Below are positions 30,701-46,699 of a stretch of DNA of 64,000 nt, one piece after another. This DNA comes from Eledone cirrhosa. Its lineage: Eukaryota. The stretch is taken from assembly GCA_964016885.1 (NCBI GenBank), contig OZ024763.1, positions 10,540,001-10,604,000 of the forward strand, written 5' to 3'. The notes beneath the pieces were generated by a model. That model was not told the origin of the DNA and did no database searches. It saw nothing but the letters and a program-made list of their open reading frames with translations. The position numbers and the translations under genes were made by a program. The number at the start of each line of letters is the position of its first letter. Positions within the stretch are counted from its first letter, which is position 1.

Positions 30701-33700
30701 ATGGAAATAGTAGTGTATAGGCAATATTTAATGCAGAAATGGCTTCTAACGCACTAATTTGATGGAAATAGTAGTGTATATGCAATATATAATACAGAAA
30801 TGGCTTCTACCGCACTAAATTGATGGAAATAGTAGTGTATATGCAATATTTAATGCAGAAATGGCTTCTAACGCACTAATTTGATGGAAATAGTAGTGTA
30901 TATGCAATATTTAATACAGAAATGGCTTCTACCGCACTAATTTGATGGAAATAGTAGTGTATATGCAATATTTAATACAGAAATGGCTTCTACCGCACTA
31001 ATTTGATGGATATAGTAGTGTATATGCAATATTTAATGCAGAAATGGCTTCTAACGCACTAATTGGATGGATATAGTAGTGTATATGCAATATTTAATGC
31101 AGAAATGGCTTCTACCGCACTAATTTGATGGAAATAGTAGTGTATATGCAATATTTAATACAGAAATGGCTTCTACCGCACTAGTTTGATGGAAATAGTA
31201 GTGTATATGCAATATTTAATAGAGAAATGGCTTCTACCGCACTAATTTGATGGAAATAGTAGTGTATATGCAATATTTAATGCAGAAATGGCTTCTACCG
31301 CACTAATTTGATGTAAACAGTAGTGTATATGCAATATTTAATGCAGAAATGTCTTCTACCGCACTAATTTGATGGAAATAGTAGTGTATATGCAATATTT
31401 AATGCAGAAATGGCTTCTACCGCACTAATTTGATGGAAATAGTAGTGTATATGCAATATTTAATGCAGAAATGGCTTCTACCGCACTAATTTGATGGAAA
31501 TAGTAGTGTATATGCAATATTTAATGCAGAAATGGCTTCTACCGCACTAATTTGATGGAAATAGTAGTGTATATGCAATATTTAATACAGAAATGGCTTC
31601 TACCGCACTAATTTGATGGAAATAGTAGTGTATATGCAATATTTAATACAGAAATGGCTTCTACCGCACTAATTTGATGGAAATAGTAGTGTATATGCAA
31701 TGTTTAATACAGAAATGGCTTCTACCGCACTAATTTGATGGAAATGGTAGTGTATATGCAATATTTAATACAGAAATGGCTTCTACCGCACTAATTTGAT
31801 GGAAATAGTAGTGTATAGGCAATATTTAATGCAGAAATGGCTTCTAACGCACTAATTTGATGGAAATAGTAGTGTATATGCAATATTTAATACAGAAATG
31901 GCTTCTACCGCACTAATTTGATGGAAATACTAGTGTATATGCAATATTTAATGCAGAAATGGATTCTAACGCACTAATTTGATGGAAATAGTAGTGTATA
32001 TGCAATATTTAATGCAGAAATGGCTTCTACCGCACTAATTTGATGGAAATAGTAGTGTATATGCAATATTTAATGCAGAAAAGGCTTCTACCGCACTAAT
32101 TTGATGGAAATAGTAGTGTATATGCAATATTTAATACAGAAATGGCTTCTACCGCACTAATTTGATGGAAATAGTAGTGTATATGCAATATTTAATACAG
32201 GAATAGCTTCTACCGCACTAATTTGATGGAAATAGTAGTGTATATGCAATATTTAATACAGAAATGGCTTCTACCCCACTAATTTGATGGAAATGGTAGT
32301 GTATATGCAATATTTAATACAGAAATGGCTTCTATCGCACTAATTTGATGGAAATAGTAGTGTATAGGCAATATTTAATGCAGAAATGGCTTCTACCGCA
32401 CTAATTTGATGGAAATAGTAGTGTATATGCAATATTTAATAGAGAAATGGCTTCTACCGCACTAATTTGATGGAAATAGTAGTGTATATGCAATATTTAA
32501 TACAGAAATGGCTTCTACAGCACTAATTGGATGGAAATAGTAGTGTATATGCAATGTTTAATACAGAAATGGCTTCTACCGCACTAATTTGATTGAAATA
32601 GTAGTGTACATGCAATATTTAATGCAGAAATGGCTTCTACCGCACTAATTTGTTGAAATAGTAGTGTATATGCAAAATTTGATACAGAAATGGCTTCTAC
32701 CGCACTAATTTGATGGAAATAGTAGTGTATATGCAATATTTAATACAGAAATGACTTCTACCGCACTAATTTGATGGAAATAGTAGTGTATATGCAATAT
32801 TTAATACAGAAATGGCTTCTACCTCACTAATTTGATAGAAATAGTAGTGTATATGCAATATTTAATGCAGAAATGCCTTCTACCGCACTAATTTGATGGA
32901 AATAGTAGTGTATATGCAATACTTAATGCAGAAATGTCTTCTAACGCACTAATTTGATGGATATAGTAGTGTATATGCAATATTTAATGCAGAAATGGCT
33001 TCTACCGCACTAATTTGATGGAAATAGTAGTGTATATGCAATATTTAATACAGAAATGGCTTCTACCGCACTAATTTGATGGAAATAGTAGTGTATATGC
33101 AATATTTAATGCAGAAATGGCTTCTAACGCACTAATTTGATGGAAATAGTAGTGTATATGCAATATTTAATACAGAAATGGCTTCTACAGCACTAATTTG
33201 ATGGAAATAGTAGTGTATATGCAATGTTTAATACAGAAATGGCTTCTACCGCACTAATTTGATGAAAATGCTAGTGTATATGCAATATTTAATACAGAAA
33301 TGGCTTCTACCGCACTAATTTGATGGAAATAGTAGTGTATATGCAATACTTAATGCAAAAATGGCTTCTACCGCACTAATTTGATGGAAATAGTAGTGTA
33401 TATGCAATATTTAATACAGAAATGGCTTCTACCGCACTAATTTGATGGAAATAGTAGTGTATATGCAATATTTAATGCAGAAATGGCTTCTAACGCACTA
33501 ATTTGATGGAAATAGTAGTGTATATGCAATATTTAATACAGAAATGGCTTCTACCGCACTAATTTGATGGAAATAGTAGTGTATATGCAATATTTAATGC
33601 AGAAATGGCTTCTAACGCACTAATTTGATGGAAATAGTAGTGTATATGCAATATTTAATACAGAAATGGCTTCTACCGCACTAATTTGATGGAAATAGTA

Positions 33701-36540
33701 GTGTATATGCAATATTTAATACAGAAATGGCTTCTACCGCACTAATTTGATGGAAATAGTAGTGTATATGCAATATTTAATGCAGAAATGGCTTCTAACG
33801 CACTAATTTGATGGAAATAGTAGTGTATATGCAATATTTAATGCAGAAATGGCTTCTACCGCACTAATTTGATGGAAATAGTAGTGTATATGCAATATTT
33901 AATACAGAAATGGCTTCTACCGCACTAGTTTGATTGAAATAGTAGTGTATATGCAATATTTAATAGAGAAATGGCTTCTACCGCACTAATTTGATGGAAA
34001 TAGTAGTGTATATGCAATATTTAATGCAGAAATGGCTTCTACCGCACTAATTTGATGTAAACAGTAGTGTATATGCAATATTTAATGCAGAAATGTCTTC
34101 TACCGCACTAATTTGATGGAAATAGTAGTGTATATGCAATATTTAATGCAGAAATGGCTTCTACCGCACTAATTTGATGGAAATAGTAGTGTATATGCAA
34201 TATTTAATGCAGAAATGGCTTCTACCGCACTAATTTGATGGAAATAGTAGTGTATATGCAATATTTAATGCAGAAATGGCTTCTACCGCACTAATTTGAT
34301 GGAAATAGTAGTGTATATGCAATATTTAATACAGAAATGGCTTCTACCGCACTAATTTGATGGAAATAGTAGTGTATATGCAATATTTAATACAGAAATG
34401 GCTTCTACCGCACTAATTTGATGGAAATAGTAGTGTATATGCAATATTTAATGCAGAAATGGCTTCTACCGCACTAATTTGATGGAAATAGTAGTGTATA
34501 TGCAATATTTAATACAGAAATGGCTTCTACCGCACTAATTTGATGGAAATAGTAGTGTATATGCAATATTTAATACAGAAATGGCTTCTACCGCACTAAT
34601 TTGATGGAAATAGTAGTGTATATGCAATGTTTAATACAGAAATGGCTTCTACCGCACTAATTTGATGGAAATAGCAGTGTATATGCAATATTTAATGCAG
34701 AAATGGCTTCTACCGCACTAATTTGATGGAAATAGTAGTGAATATGCAATATTTAATACAGAAATGGCTTCTACCGCACTAATTTGATGGAAATAGTAGT
34801 GTATATGCAAAATTTGATACAGAAATGGCTTCTACCGCACTAATTTGATGGAAATAGTAGTGTATATGCAATATTTAATACAGAAATGGCTTCTACCGCA
34901 CTAATTTGATGGAAATAGTAGTGTATATGCAATATTAAATACAGAAATGGCTTCTACCGCACTAATTTGATGGAAATAGTAGTGTATATGCAATATTTAA
35001 TACAGAAATGGCTTCTACCGCACTAATTTGATGGAAATAGTAGTGTATATGCAATATTTAATACAGAAATGGCTTCTACCTCACTAATTTGATGGAAATA
35101 GTAGTGTATATGCAATATTTAATGCAGAAATGCCTTCTACCGCACTAATTTGAACGAAATAGTAGTGTATATGCAATATTTAATGCAGAAATGTCTTCTA
35201 ACGCACTAATTTGATGGATATAGTAGTGTATATGCAATATTTAATGCAGAAATGGCTTCTACCGCACTAATTTGATGGAAATAGTAGTGTATATGCAATA
35301 TTTAATAGAGAAATGGCTTCTACCGCACTAATTTGATGGAAATAGTAGTGTATATGCAATATTTAATGCAGAAATGGCTTCTACCGCACTTATTTGATGG
35401 AAATAGTAGTGTATATGCAATATTTAATGCAGAAATGGCTTCTACCGCACTAATTTGATGGAAATAGTAGTGTATATGCAATATTTAATACAGAAATGGC
35501 TTCTAAAGCACTAATTTGATGGAAATAGTAGTGTATATGCAATATTTAATGCAGAAATGGCTTCTACCGCACTTATTTGATGGAAATAGTAGTGTATATG
35601 CAATATTTAATGCAGAAATGGCTTCTACCGCACTAATTTGATGGAAATAGTAGTGTATATGCAATATTTAATACAGAAATGGCTTCTAAAGCACTAATTT
35701 GATGGAAATAGTAGTGTATATGCAATATTTAATACAGAAATGGCTTCTACCGCACTAATTTGATGGAAATAGTAGTGTATATGCAATATTTAATACAGAA
35801 ATGGCTTCTACCGCACTAATTTGATGGAAATAGTAGTGTATATGCAATATTTAATGCAGAAATGGCTTCTAACGCACTAATTTGATGGAAATAGTAGTGT
35901 ATATGCAATATTTAATACAGAAATGGCTTCTACCGCACTAATTTGATGGGAATAGTAGTGTATATGCAAATTTAATACAGAAATGGCTTTTACCTCACTA
36001 ATTTGATGGAAATAGTAGTGTATATGCAATATTTAATGCAGAAATGGCTTCTAACGCACTAATTTGATGGAAATAGTAGTGTATATGCAATATTTAATAC
36101 AGAAATGGCTTCTATCGCACTAATTTGATGGAAATAGTAGTGTATATGCAATATTTAATACAGAAATGGCTTCTACCGCACTAATTTGATGGAAATAGTA
36201 GTGTATATGCAATATTTAATACAGAAATGGCTTCTACCGCACTAATTTGATGGAAATAGTAGTGTATATGCAATATTTAATGCAGAAATGGCTTCTACCG
36301 CATTAATTTGATGGAAATAGTAGTGTATATGCAAAATTTGATACAGAAATGGCTTCTACCGCACTAATTTGATGGAAATAGTGCGGTAGAAGCCATTTCT
36401 GTATCAAATTTTGCATATACACTACTATTTCCATCAGATTAATGCGGTAGAAGCCATTTCTGTATTAAATATTGCATATACACTACTATTTCCATCAAAT
36501 TAGTGCGGTAGAATCCATTTCTGCATTAAATATTGCATAT
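27752..36540. repeat. 61-bp tandem satellite, ~141 forward monomers plus ~2.6 inverted monomers
   Basis: Monomer ATGGCTTCTACCGCACTAATTTGATGGAAATAGTAGTGTATATGCAATATTTAATRCAGAA; orientation flips at ~36379. Confidence 0.97.
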
Positions 36541-39500
36541 AATATATACTATACAATATACGCTACATACTATATTCTATGCACTATACACTATATACTA
36601 CAAACTATACACTATATACTCTATACTATATACTATATACTCTACACTATATACTATATACTATATACTATACACAATATACTATATATTATATACTATA
36701 CACTATACACTATACACTATATACTATACACTATATACTATACACTATACACCAGTATCGGTAGAGGGTTGGACGCCATGCTTTGACGCATAGAGTTACG
36801 GCCCTTTGCATTCTGAGTTCAAATCCCGCCGAGGTTAATTTTGCCTTTCATCCTTATGGGGTCGATAAAATAAAGTACCAGTAATGTACTGGGTAATTGC
36901 TGGCCTTGTGCCAAAAGTAGAAACAATTATATACTATATACTATACACTATATACTATACACTATATACTATATACTATACACTATATACTATATATTAT
37001 ATACTCTATACTATACACTATATACTATACACTATATACTATACACTATATACTATATACTATACACTATATACTATATACTATATACTATACACTATAT
37101 ACTATATACTATACACTATATACTATATACTATATTCTATATACTATATACTATACACTATAAAATATATACTATATACTGTATACAAATCTACTATATA
37201 CTATATACTATACACCATATACTATACACTATATATTATATACTTTATACTATACACTATACACAATATACTATACACTATACACTATATATTATACACT
37301 ATATACTCTATACTATATACTATACACTATATACTATATAATATATACTATACACTATATACTATACACTATATACTATACACTATACACTATACACTAT
37401 ATACTATACACTATATAGTATACACTATACACTATACACTATATACGATATACTATATACTATATACTATACACTATACACTATATACTATATACTATAC
37501 ACTATATAGTATACACTATACACTATATACTATATACTATATACGATATACTATATACTATACACTATACACTATACACTATACACTATACGCTATACAC
37601 TATATACTATAATACTATATACTATACACTATATACTATACACTATACACTATACGCTATACACTATATACTCTATTGCTATATACTATACACTATATAC
37701 TATACACTATATACTATATACTATACACTATACACTATATACTATATACTATACACTATATACTATATACTATATACTATATACTATACACTACATAGTA
37801 TATACGATACACTATATACTATATACTATACACTATATACTATACACTACATACTATATACTGTACATTATATACTATATACTAAATAGTATACACAATA
37901 CAGTATATACTATATAGTCTATACTATATAGTATATAGTATATACTCTATACGATATACTATACACTATACACTATATACTAAATACTATACACTATACA
38001 CTACATCCTAAATACAATACACTATTCACTATATACTATACACTATATACTATATACTATACAATATACACTATAGACTATATACTATACACTATAAACT
38101 ATATACTATATACTGTACACTATATACTATACATTATACACTATGTACTCTATACTATACACTATATACTATATACTATATACTACATACCATATACTAT
38201 ATTCTATATACTATACACTATACACTACATACAATATACTATACACTATATACTATATACTATATACTATACACTATATACTATACACTATATACTCTAT
38301 ACTCTACACTACATACTATATACTCTATACGCTATACTATATACTATACACTATACACTATATACTATATATAATATACTATATACTATATAATATACAT
38401 TACATCCTATATACTATATACTATACACTATACACTATATACTATATACTATATACTATACACTATATACTATACACTATATACTATATGCAATATACTA
38501 TACACTATATACTATACACTATACACTGTATACTATATACTAATATACTATATACTATACACTATAGAGTATATACTATATGCTATACACTATTTACTAT
38601 ATACTATATACTATATAATATATACTATACACTATATACTATATACTATATGCTAATATACTATATACTACATACTATATACTATATGCTAATATACTAT
38701 ATACTATACACTATATACTATATACTACATACTAATATACTATATACTAATATACTATATGCTATATACTATATACTAATATACTATATAGTATATACTA
38801 TATACTATATACTATACACTATATATTATATACTATACACTATACACTATATACTATTTACTATATACTATACGCTATATACTATATACTATACACTATA
38901 TAGTATATAGGATATAGTATATAGTATATAATGTATAGTGTATAGTATATAGTGTATACTATATAGAGTATAGTGTATAGAATATAGTATGTAGTGTACA
39001 GTATATAGTATATAGTATATAGTAAATAGTGTATATTATACACTATACACTAAATACTATATACTATATACTATACAATATACACTATAGACTATATACT
39101 ATGCACTATGCACTATATACTATATACTATACACTACATACTATATACTATACACTAAATACTATACACCATACACTATACACTATATACTATATACAAT
39201 ACACTACATACTATATACTATACACTAAATACTATACACTATATACTATACACTATATACTATATACTATACACTATACACTATACACTATATACTATAC
39301 TCTATACACTATATACTATACACTATATACTATATTCTATATACTATATACTATATACTATACACTATATACTATACACTATATACTATAGAATATACAA
39401 TATACACTACATACTATATACTATACAATTTACACTATATACTATATACTATACACTATATACTGTATACTATACACTGTACACTATATACTATATACTA

Positions 39501-42500
39501 TACACTATACCCTATATACTATATACTATACACTATATACTATACACTATATACGATATACTATATACTATACAATATACACTACATACTATATACGATA
39601 CATTATACACTATATACTATATACTATTCACTATATACTATATACTATATTCTATATACTATACACTACATCCTATACACTATATACTATATACTATACA
39701 CTATATACTACATACTATACACTATATACTATATACTATATAATATATACTATACAATATACGCTACATACTATATTCTATGCACTATACACTATATACT
39801 ACAAACTATACACTATATACTCTATACTATATACTATATACTCTACACTATATACTATATACTATATACTATACACAATATACTATATATTATATACTCT
39901 ATACTATATACTATATACTATATACTATATACTATACACTATATACTATACACTATACACTATATACTATACACTATACACTATACACTATATACTATAC
40001 ACTATAAACAATATACTATATACTATACACTATACACTATATACTATACACTATATACTATATATTATACACTATATACTATACACTATATACTATACAC
40101 TATATACTATATACTATACACTATATACTATATATTATATACTCTATACTATACACTATATACTATATACTATATTCTATATACTATATACTATATACTA
40201 TACACTATACAATATATACTATATACTATATACTATACACCATATACTATACACTATATACTATATACTATATACTATACACTACATAGTATATACGATA
40301 CACTATATACTATATACTATACACTATATACTATACACTACATACTATATACTATACATTATATACTATATACTAAATACTATACACAATACAGTATATA
40401 CTATACACTACATACTACATAGTATATAGTATATACTCTATACGATATACTATACACTATAAACTATATACTCTATACTATATAGTATATAGTATATACT
40501 CTATACGATATACTATACACTATACACTATATACTAAATACTATATACTATACACTATATACTATACACTATATACTATATACTATACAATATACACTAT
40601 AGACTATATACTATACACTATAAACTATATACTATATACTATATACTGTACACTATATACTATACATTATACACTATATACTATATACTATATACTATAC
40701 ACTATATACTATATACTATATACTACATACCATATACTATATTCTATATACTATACACTATACACTACATACTATATACTATACACTATATACTATATAC
40801 TATACACTATATACTATACACTATATACTATACACTATATACTCTATACTCTACACTATATAATCTATACGCTATACTATATACTATACACTATATACTA
40901 TATATAATATACTATATACTATATAATATACATTACATCCTATATACTATATACTATATACTATACACTATACACTATATACTATATACTATAAACCATA
41001 CACTATATACTATACACTATACACTATACACTATACACTATATACTATACACTATATACTATACACTATATACTATATGGAATATACTATACACTATATA
41101 CTATACACTATACACTGTATACTATATACTAATATACTATATACTATACACCATAGAGTATATACTATATGCTATACACTATTTACTATATACTATATAC
41201 TATATAATATATACTATACACTATATACTATATGCTAATATACTATATACTACATACTATATACTATATGCTAATATACTATATACTATACACTATATAC
41301 TATATACTACATACTAATATACTATATACTAATATACTATATACTATATACTATACACTATATATTATATACTATACACTATACACTATATACTATTTAC
41401 TATATACTATACGCTATATACTATATACTATACACTATATCGTATATAGGATATAGGATATAGTATATAGTATATAATGTATAGTGTATAGTATATAGTG
41501 TATTCTATATAGAGTATAGTGTATAGAATATAGTATGTAGTGTACAGTATATAGTATATAGTATATAGTAAATAGTGTATATTATACACTATACACTAAA
41601 CACTATATACTATATACTATACAATATACACTATAGACTATATACTATACACTATACACTATAAACTATATACTATACACTACATACTATATACTATACA
41701 CTAAATACTATACACTATATACTATACACTATATACTATATACTATATACAATACACTACATACTATATACTATACACTAAATACTATACACTATATACT
41801 ATACACTATATACTATATACTATATACAATACACTATATTCTATATACTATACACTATACACTACATACTATATACTATACACTATATACTATACATTAT
41901 ATAGTACATACTATACATTATACACTATATACTATACACTATATACTATATACTATATACTATACCCTGTACACTATATACTATACACGATATACTATAT
42001 ACTATATACTATAAACTATACACTACATACTATATACTATACACTATATACTCTACACTATATACTATACACTATAAACTATTTACTATATACTATACAC
42101 TATACTGTATATACTATATACTATACACTATATACTATAAACTATAAACTATACACTATATACAATACATGATATACTATATACAATACATTATATACTA
42201 TATACTATACACTATATACTAAACCCTATATACTATATACTGTACACTATACACTATATACTATACACTATATACTATATACTCTACACAATACACTATA
42301 TACTATACACTATATACTATACACTATACATTACATACTATACACTACATACTATACACTATACACTATATACTCTACACTATCCACGATATACTCTATA
42401 CTATACACTATATACTTTATACTATACACTATATACTAAACACTATACACTCTATACTATATACTATATATAATATACTATATACTATATACAATATAAT

Positions 42501-45388
42501 ATACATTACATCCTATATACTATACACTATATACTATACACTATACACTATATACTATACACCATACACTATATACTATATACTATACACTATATACTAT
42601 ATACTATACACTATATACTATACAATATATACTATACACTATATACTATATACTATACACTATATACTATACACTATACACTATATACTATATACTAATA
42701 TACTATATACCATACACTATACAGTATATACTATATACTATACACTATTTACTATGTAGTATATACTATATACAATACACTATATACTATATACTAATAT
42801 ACTATATACTATACACTATATACTATATACTACATACTAATATACTATATACTAATATCTTATATGCTATATACTATATACTAATATACTATATAGTATA
42901 TACTATATACTATATACTATACACTATATACTATTTACTTTATACTATACACTATATACTATATAGTATATAGGATATAGTGTATAGTGTATAGTGTATA
43001 GTATATAGTGTATAGTATATAGTATATAGAGTATAGTGTATAGTATATAGTATATAGTGTACAGTATATAGTATATTGTATATAGTATATAGTAAATAGT
43101 GTATAGTATATAGTGTATAGTATATAGTATATAGTATATAGCGTATAGTATATAGAGTATAGTGTATAGTGTATAGTATATAGTATTTAGTGTATAGTGT
43201 ATAGTATATAGTATATTAGTATATAGTATATAGCATATAGTATATTAGTATATAGTATATTATTATGTAGTATATAGTATATAGTGTATAGTATAGAGTA
43301 TATAGTATATTAGTATATAGTATATAGTATATAGTACATAGTATATAGTGTATAGTATATAGTATATACTGCATATAGTATACAGTGTATAGTGTATAGT
43401 ATATAGTGTATAGTATATAGTATATAGTATATAGTATATAGTGTATAGTGTATAGTATATAGTGTATAGTGTATAGTATATAGTGTATAGTATATAGTAT
43501 ATAGTATATAGTATATAGTGTATAGTGTATAGTATATAGTGTATAGTGTATAATATATAATATATAGTGTATAGTATATAGTGTATAGTGTTATTATATA
43601 GTATATAGTGTATAGTATATAGGGTATAGTATATAGTATATAGTGTATAGTATATAGTATATAGTGTATAGTATATAGGGTATAGTATATAGTATATAGT
43701 GTATAGTATATAGTATATAGTGTATAGTATATAGGGTATAGTATATAGTATATAGTGTATAGTATATAGTGTATAGTATATAGTATATAGTGTATAGTAT
43801 ATAGGGTATATTATATAGTATATAGTGTATAGTATATAGTATATAGTGTATAGTATATAGGGTATAGTATATAGTATATAGTGTATAGTATATAGTATAT
43901 AGCGTATAGTATATAGTATATAGTGTATAGTATACAGTGTATAGTATATAGCGTATAGTATATAGTATATAGTATATACTATATAGTATATTAGTATATA
44001 AAATATAGCATATATTATATTAGTATATAGTATATTAGTATCTTGTATACAGTGTATAGTGTATAGTATATAGTGTATAGTATATAGTATATAGTATATA
44101 GTGTATAGTATATAGTATATAGTGTATAGTATATAGTATATAGTGTATAGTATATAGTGTATAGTATATAGTATATAGTGTATAGTGTATAGTGTATAGT
44201 ATATAGTGTATAGTATATAGTGTATAGTGTATAGTGTATAGTATATAGTATATTGTATATAGTGTATAGTATATAGTATATAGTATATAGTGTATAGTGT
44301 ATAGTATATAGTGTATAGTGTATAGTATATAACATATAGTGTATAGTATATAGTGTATTGTGTTATTATATAGTATATAGTGTATAGTATATAGGGTATA
44401 GTATATAGTATATAGTGTATAGTATATAGTATATAGTGTATAGTATACAGTGTATAGTATATAGTGTATAGTGTATAGTATATAGTATATACTATATAGT
44501 ATATTAGTATATAGTATATAGCATATATTATATTAGTATATAGTATATTAGTATCTAGTATACAGTGTATAGTATATAGTATATAGTATATAGTGTATAT
44601 TATATAGTATATAGTGTATAGTATATAGTGTATAGTATATATTGTATAGTGTATAGTGTATAGTATATAGTGTATAGTATATAGTGTATAGTGTATAGTG
44701 TATAGTATATAGTATATAGTGTATAGTGTATAGTATATAGTGTATAGTATATAGAATATAGTGTATAGTATATAGTGTATATGATATAGTGTATAGGGTA
44801 CAGTATATAGTATATAGTGTGTAGTGTATAGTATATAGTATGTAGTGTATATTGTATAGTTTATATGTATAGTGTATAGTATATAGTATATAGTGTATAG
44901 TGTATAGTATATAGTATATAGTGTACAGTATATAGTATAGAGTATATAGTATATTGTATATAGTATATAGTGTATAGTGTATAGTATATAGTGTATAGTA
45001 TATAGTATATAGGATATAGTATATAGTACATAGTATATAGTATATAGTGTATAGTGTACAGTATATAGTGTATAGTGTATAGTATATAGTATATAGTGTA
45101 TAATATATAGTATATTGTGTTTAGTATATAGTATATAGTGTATAGTATGTAGTATATAGTATATAGTGTATAGTGTATAGTATATAGTATATAGTGTATG
45201 GTGTGTAGTGTATAGTGTATAGTATATAGTATATAGTGTACAGTGTATAGTATATAGTGTATAGTGTATAGTGTATAGTATATAGTATATAGTATATAGT
45301 GTATAGTATATAGTGTATAGTATATATATATAGTATATAGTGTATAGTATATATTATATAGTATATAGTATATAGTATATAGTATGTA
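36537..45388. repeat. Degenerate heptamer array, right part
   Basis: Same 7-mer; C-strand form to ~42960 with reversed patches at ~38900-39030 and ~41440-41580, G-strand form after that. Confidence 0.95.
36753..36928 (+). mobile_element. Meta-type tRNA SINE inserted in the heptamer array
   Basis: GAGTTCAAATCCCGCCGAGGTTAATTTTGCCTTTCATCCTTATGGGGTCGATAAAATAAAGTACCAG...GTAGAAACAATT. Confidence 0.88.
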
Positions 45389-45815
45389 TAGATACAGTGA
45401 AGGAGGCAGAGGATTTGATGCAGGAAGTTGAGACTGTGTCGATGAGTGTGGGGCTGAGAATGAATGAGACTATGACAAAATGTCTGCTAGAGAATGTTGA
45501 GAAGCCAGAGGGGACTGCTAATGTAGGTGGGAATCCGCCAGAATTGGTTGAGGGCTTCCTGTATTTGGGAGCAAAGATTGGGAATACGGAAGATGATGTG
45601 GTTGAGAGGAAGAGCAAAGCCTGGGCGGCATGCCACAGTTTAAGATCGGTGTGGAAGTAGGACCTTCGTGAAGACCTGAAGATCCGTCTCTTCATTGCTG
45701 TAGTGGTGTCCGTGCTGCTGTGTGGGTCTGAGACGGACACTGACCAAGAAACTCACTCAGATGGTGGATAGGTGCTACAAGAGAATGCTGAGGATGGCTC
45801 TGAACATTAATCAGT
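45389..45815 (+). pseudogene. Non-LTR (RTE-like) RT thumb fragment from a distinct family
   Basis: VGLRMNETMTK, VEGFLYLGA, RKSKAWAA..L.SVW, stop codon, then KIRLF...VLLCGSET. Confidence 0.8.
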
Positions 45816-45817
45816 AG

Positions 45818-45853
<36 letters not shown>

Positions 45854-46699
45854 ATATTGTTATACTTTGGGAGGGTCATGTTGCCAGTAAGAAACACATG
45901 CACCACTTGCTTTCACTTCAATTTATTATAAATTAAATTATAAATTAAAAAATTTATAAATTTCCGGATGGTTGGTTGGTTCCACAACCGGACGGTTGTT
46001 CATATATTGTCAAAGTTCTTTCTTATATATAATATATATATATATATATAAATATAAATTAGCGAGAATCGTATTTCGGCTTAGGAATTAACGAAAAACA
46101 ACTTCCGAGATGTGTGGCAAGCGTTCAATGATTCAGATGAACCAGAGCTACAACATACGTTAAAGGCCAAACACACTGAGACGATGGTTAAACAATCATC
46201 CGCACAACCAAAGAAACGACCAAGTAATTCGGGTCAAACAAATAAAAATATATGGTCATAGATTATAGGAAAATCGTGGTGGCAAAAATGGTCAATATTT
46301 CATTCATTAATAAATCTAATAGGTGTTTTGCTACAGTAACATTGTTGGTCAATGAAATCTGAATTGCTGTGCAATTGATTACTTCATACTGCATTGGGAT
46401 ATATTGTTGCTGCATCTCTTCAGAGAAAAAAACATATATTATCTGTGTGGTGAGAGATGAGTCCGTGACAACCTATCCAACCCTATTTAGCAGAGAGAAT
46501 AGACATTAACTGGGAAGCCAGGCACCATTATGATGCTCCCACCTCTAGCAATGAAATCCTGGACCCATGCCCCACCCAGCCCCACCCAGCACAACCATAT
46601 ACGCTAAGCACCCTAGTGCTGTAATGAAATAGTGCTGGTGCCCCGACTAAAGCATCCTGTCCACTAGTAAGCTGGTGGTATTGGAGCCCGATAAAATGC

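Noticed and set aside
27752-36380. CRISPR-like regular array
   Set aside because: Head-to-tail monomers with no unique spacers, no cas genes, and a eukaryotic context
6901-44335. Many Y/I/L/T/H-rich ORFs
   Set aside because: Translations of the 7-mer array
45955-46010. Possible minus-strand hammerhead (ATGAACA...CCGGAAATTTATA)
   Set aside because: Core and stems are too degenerate to support
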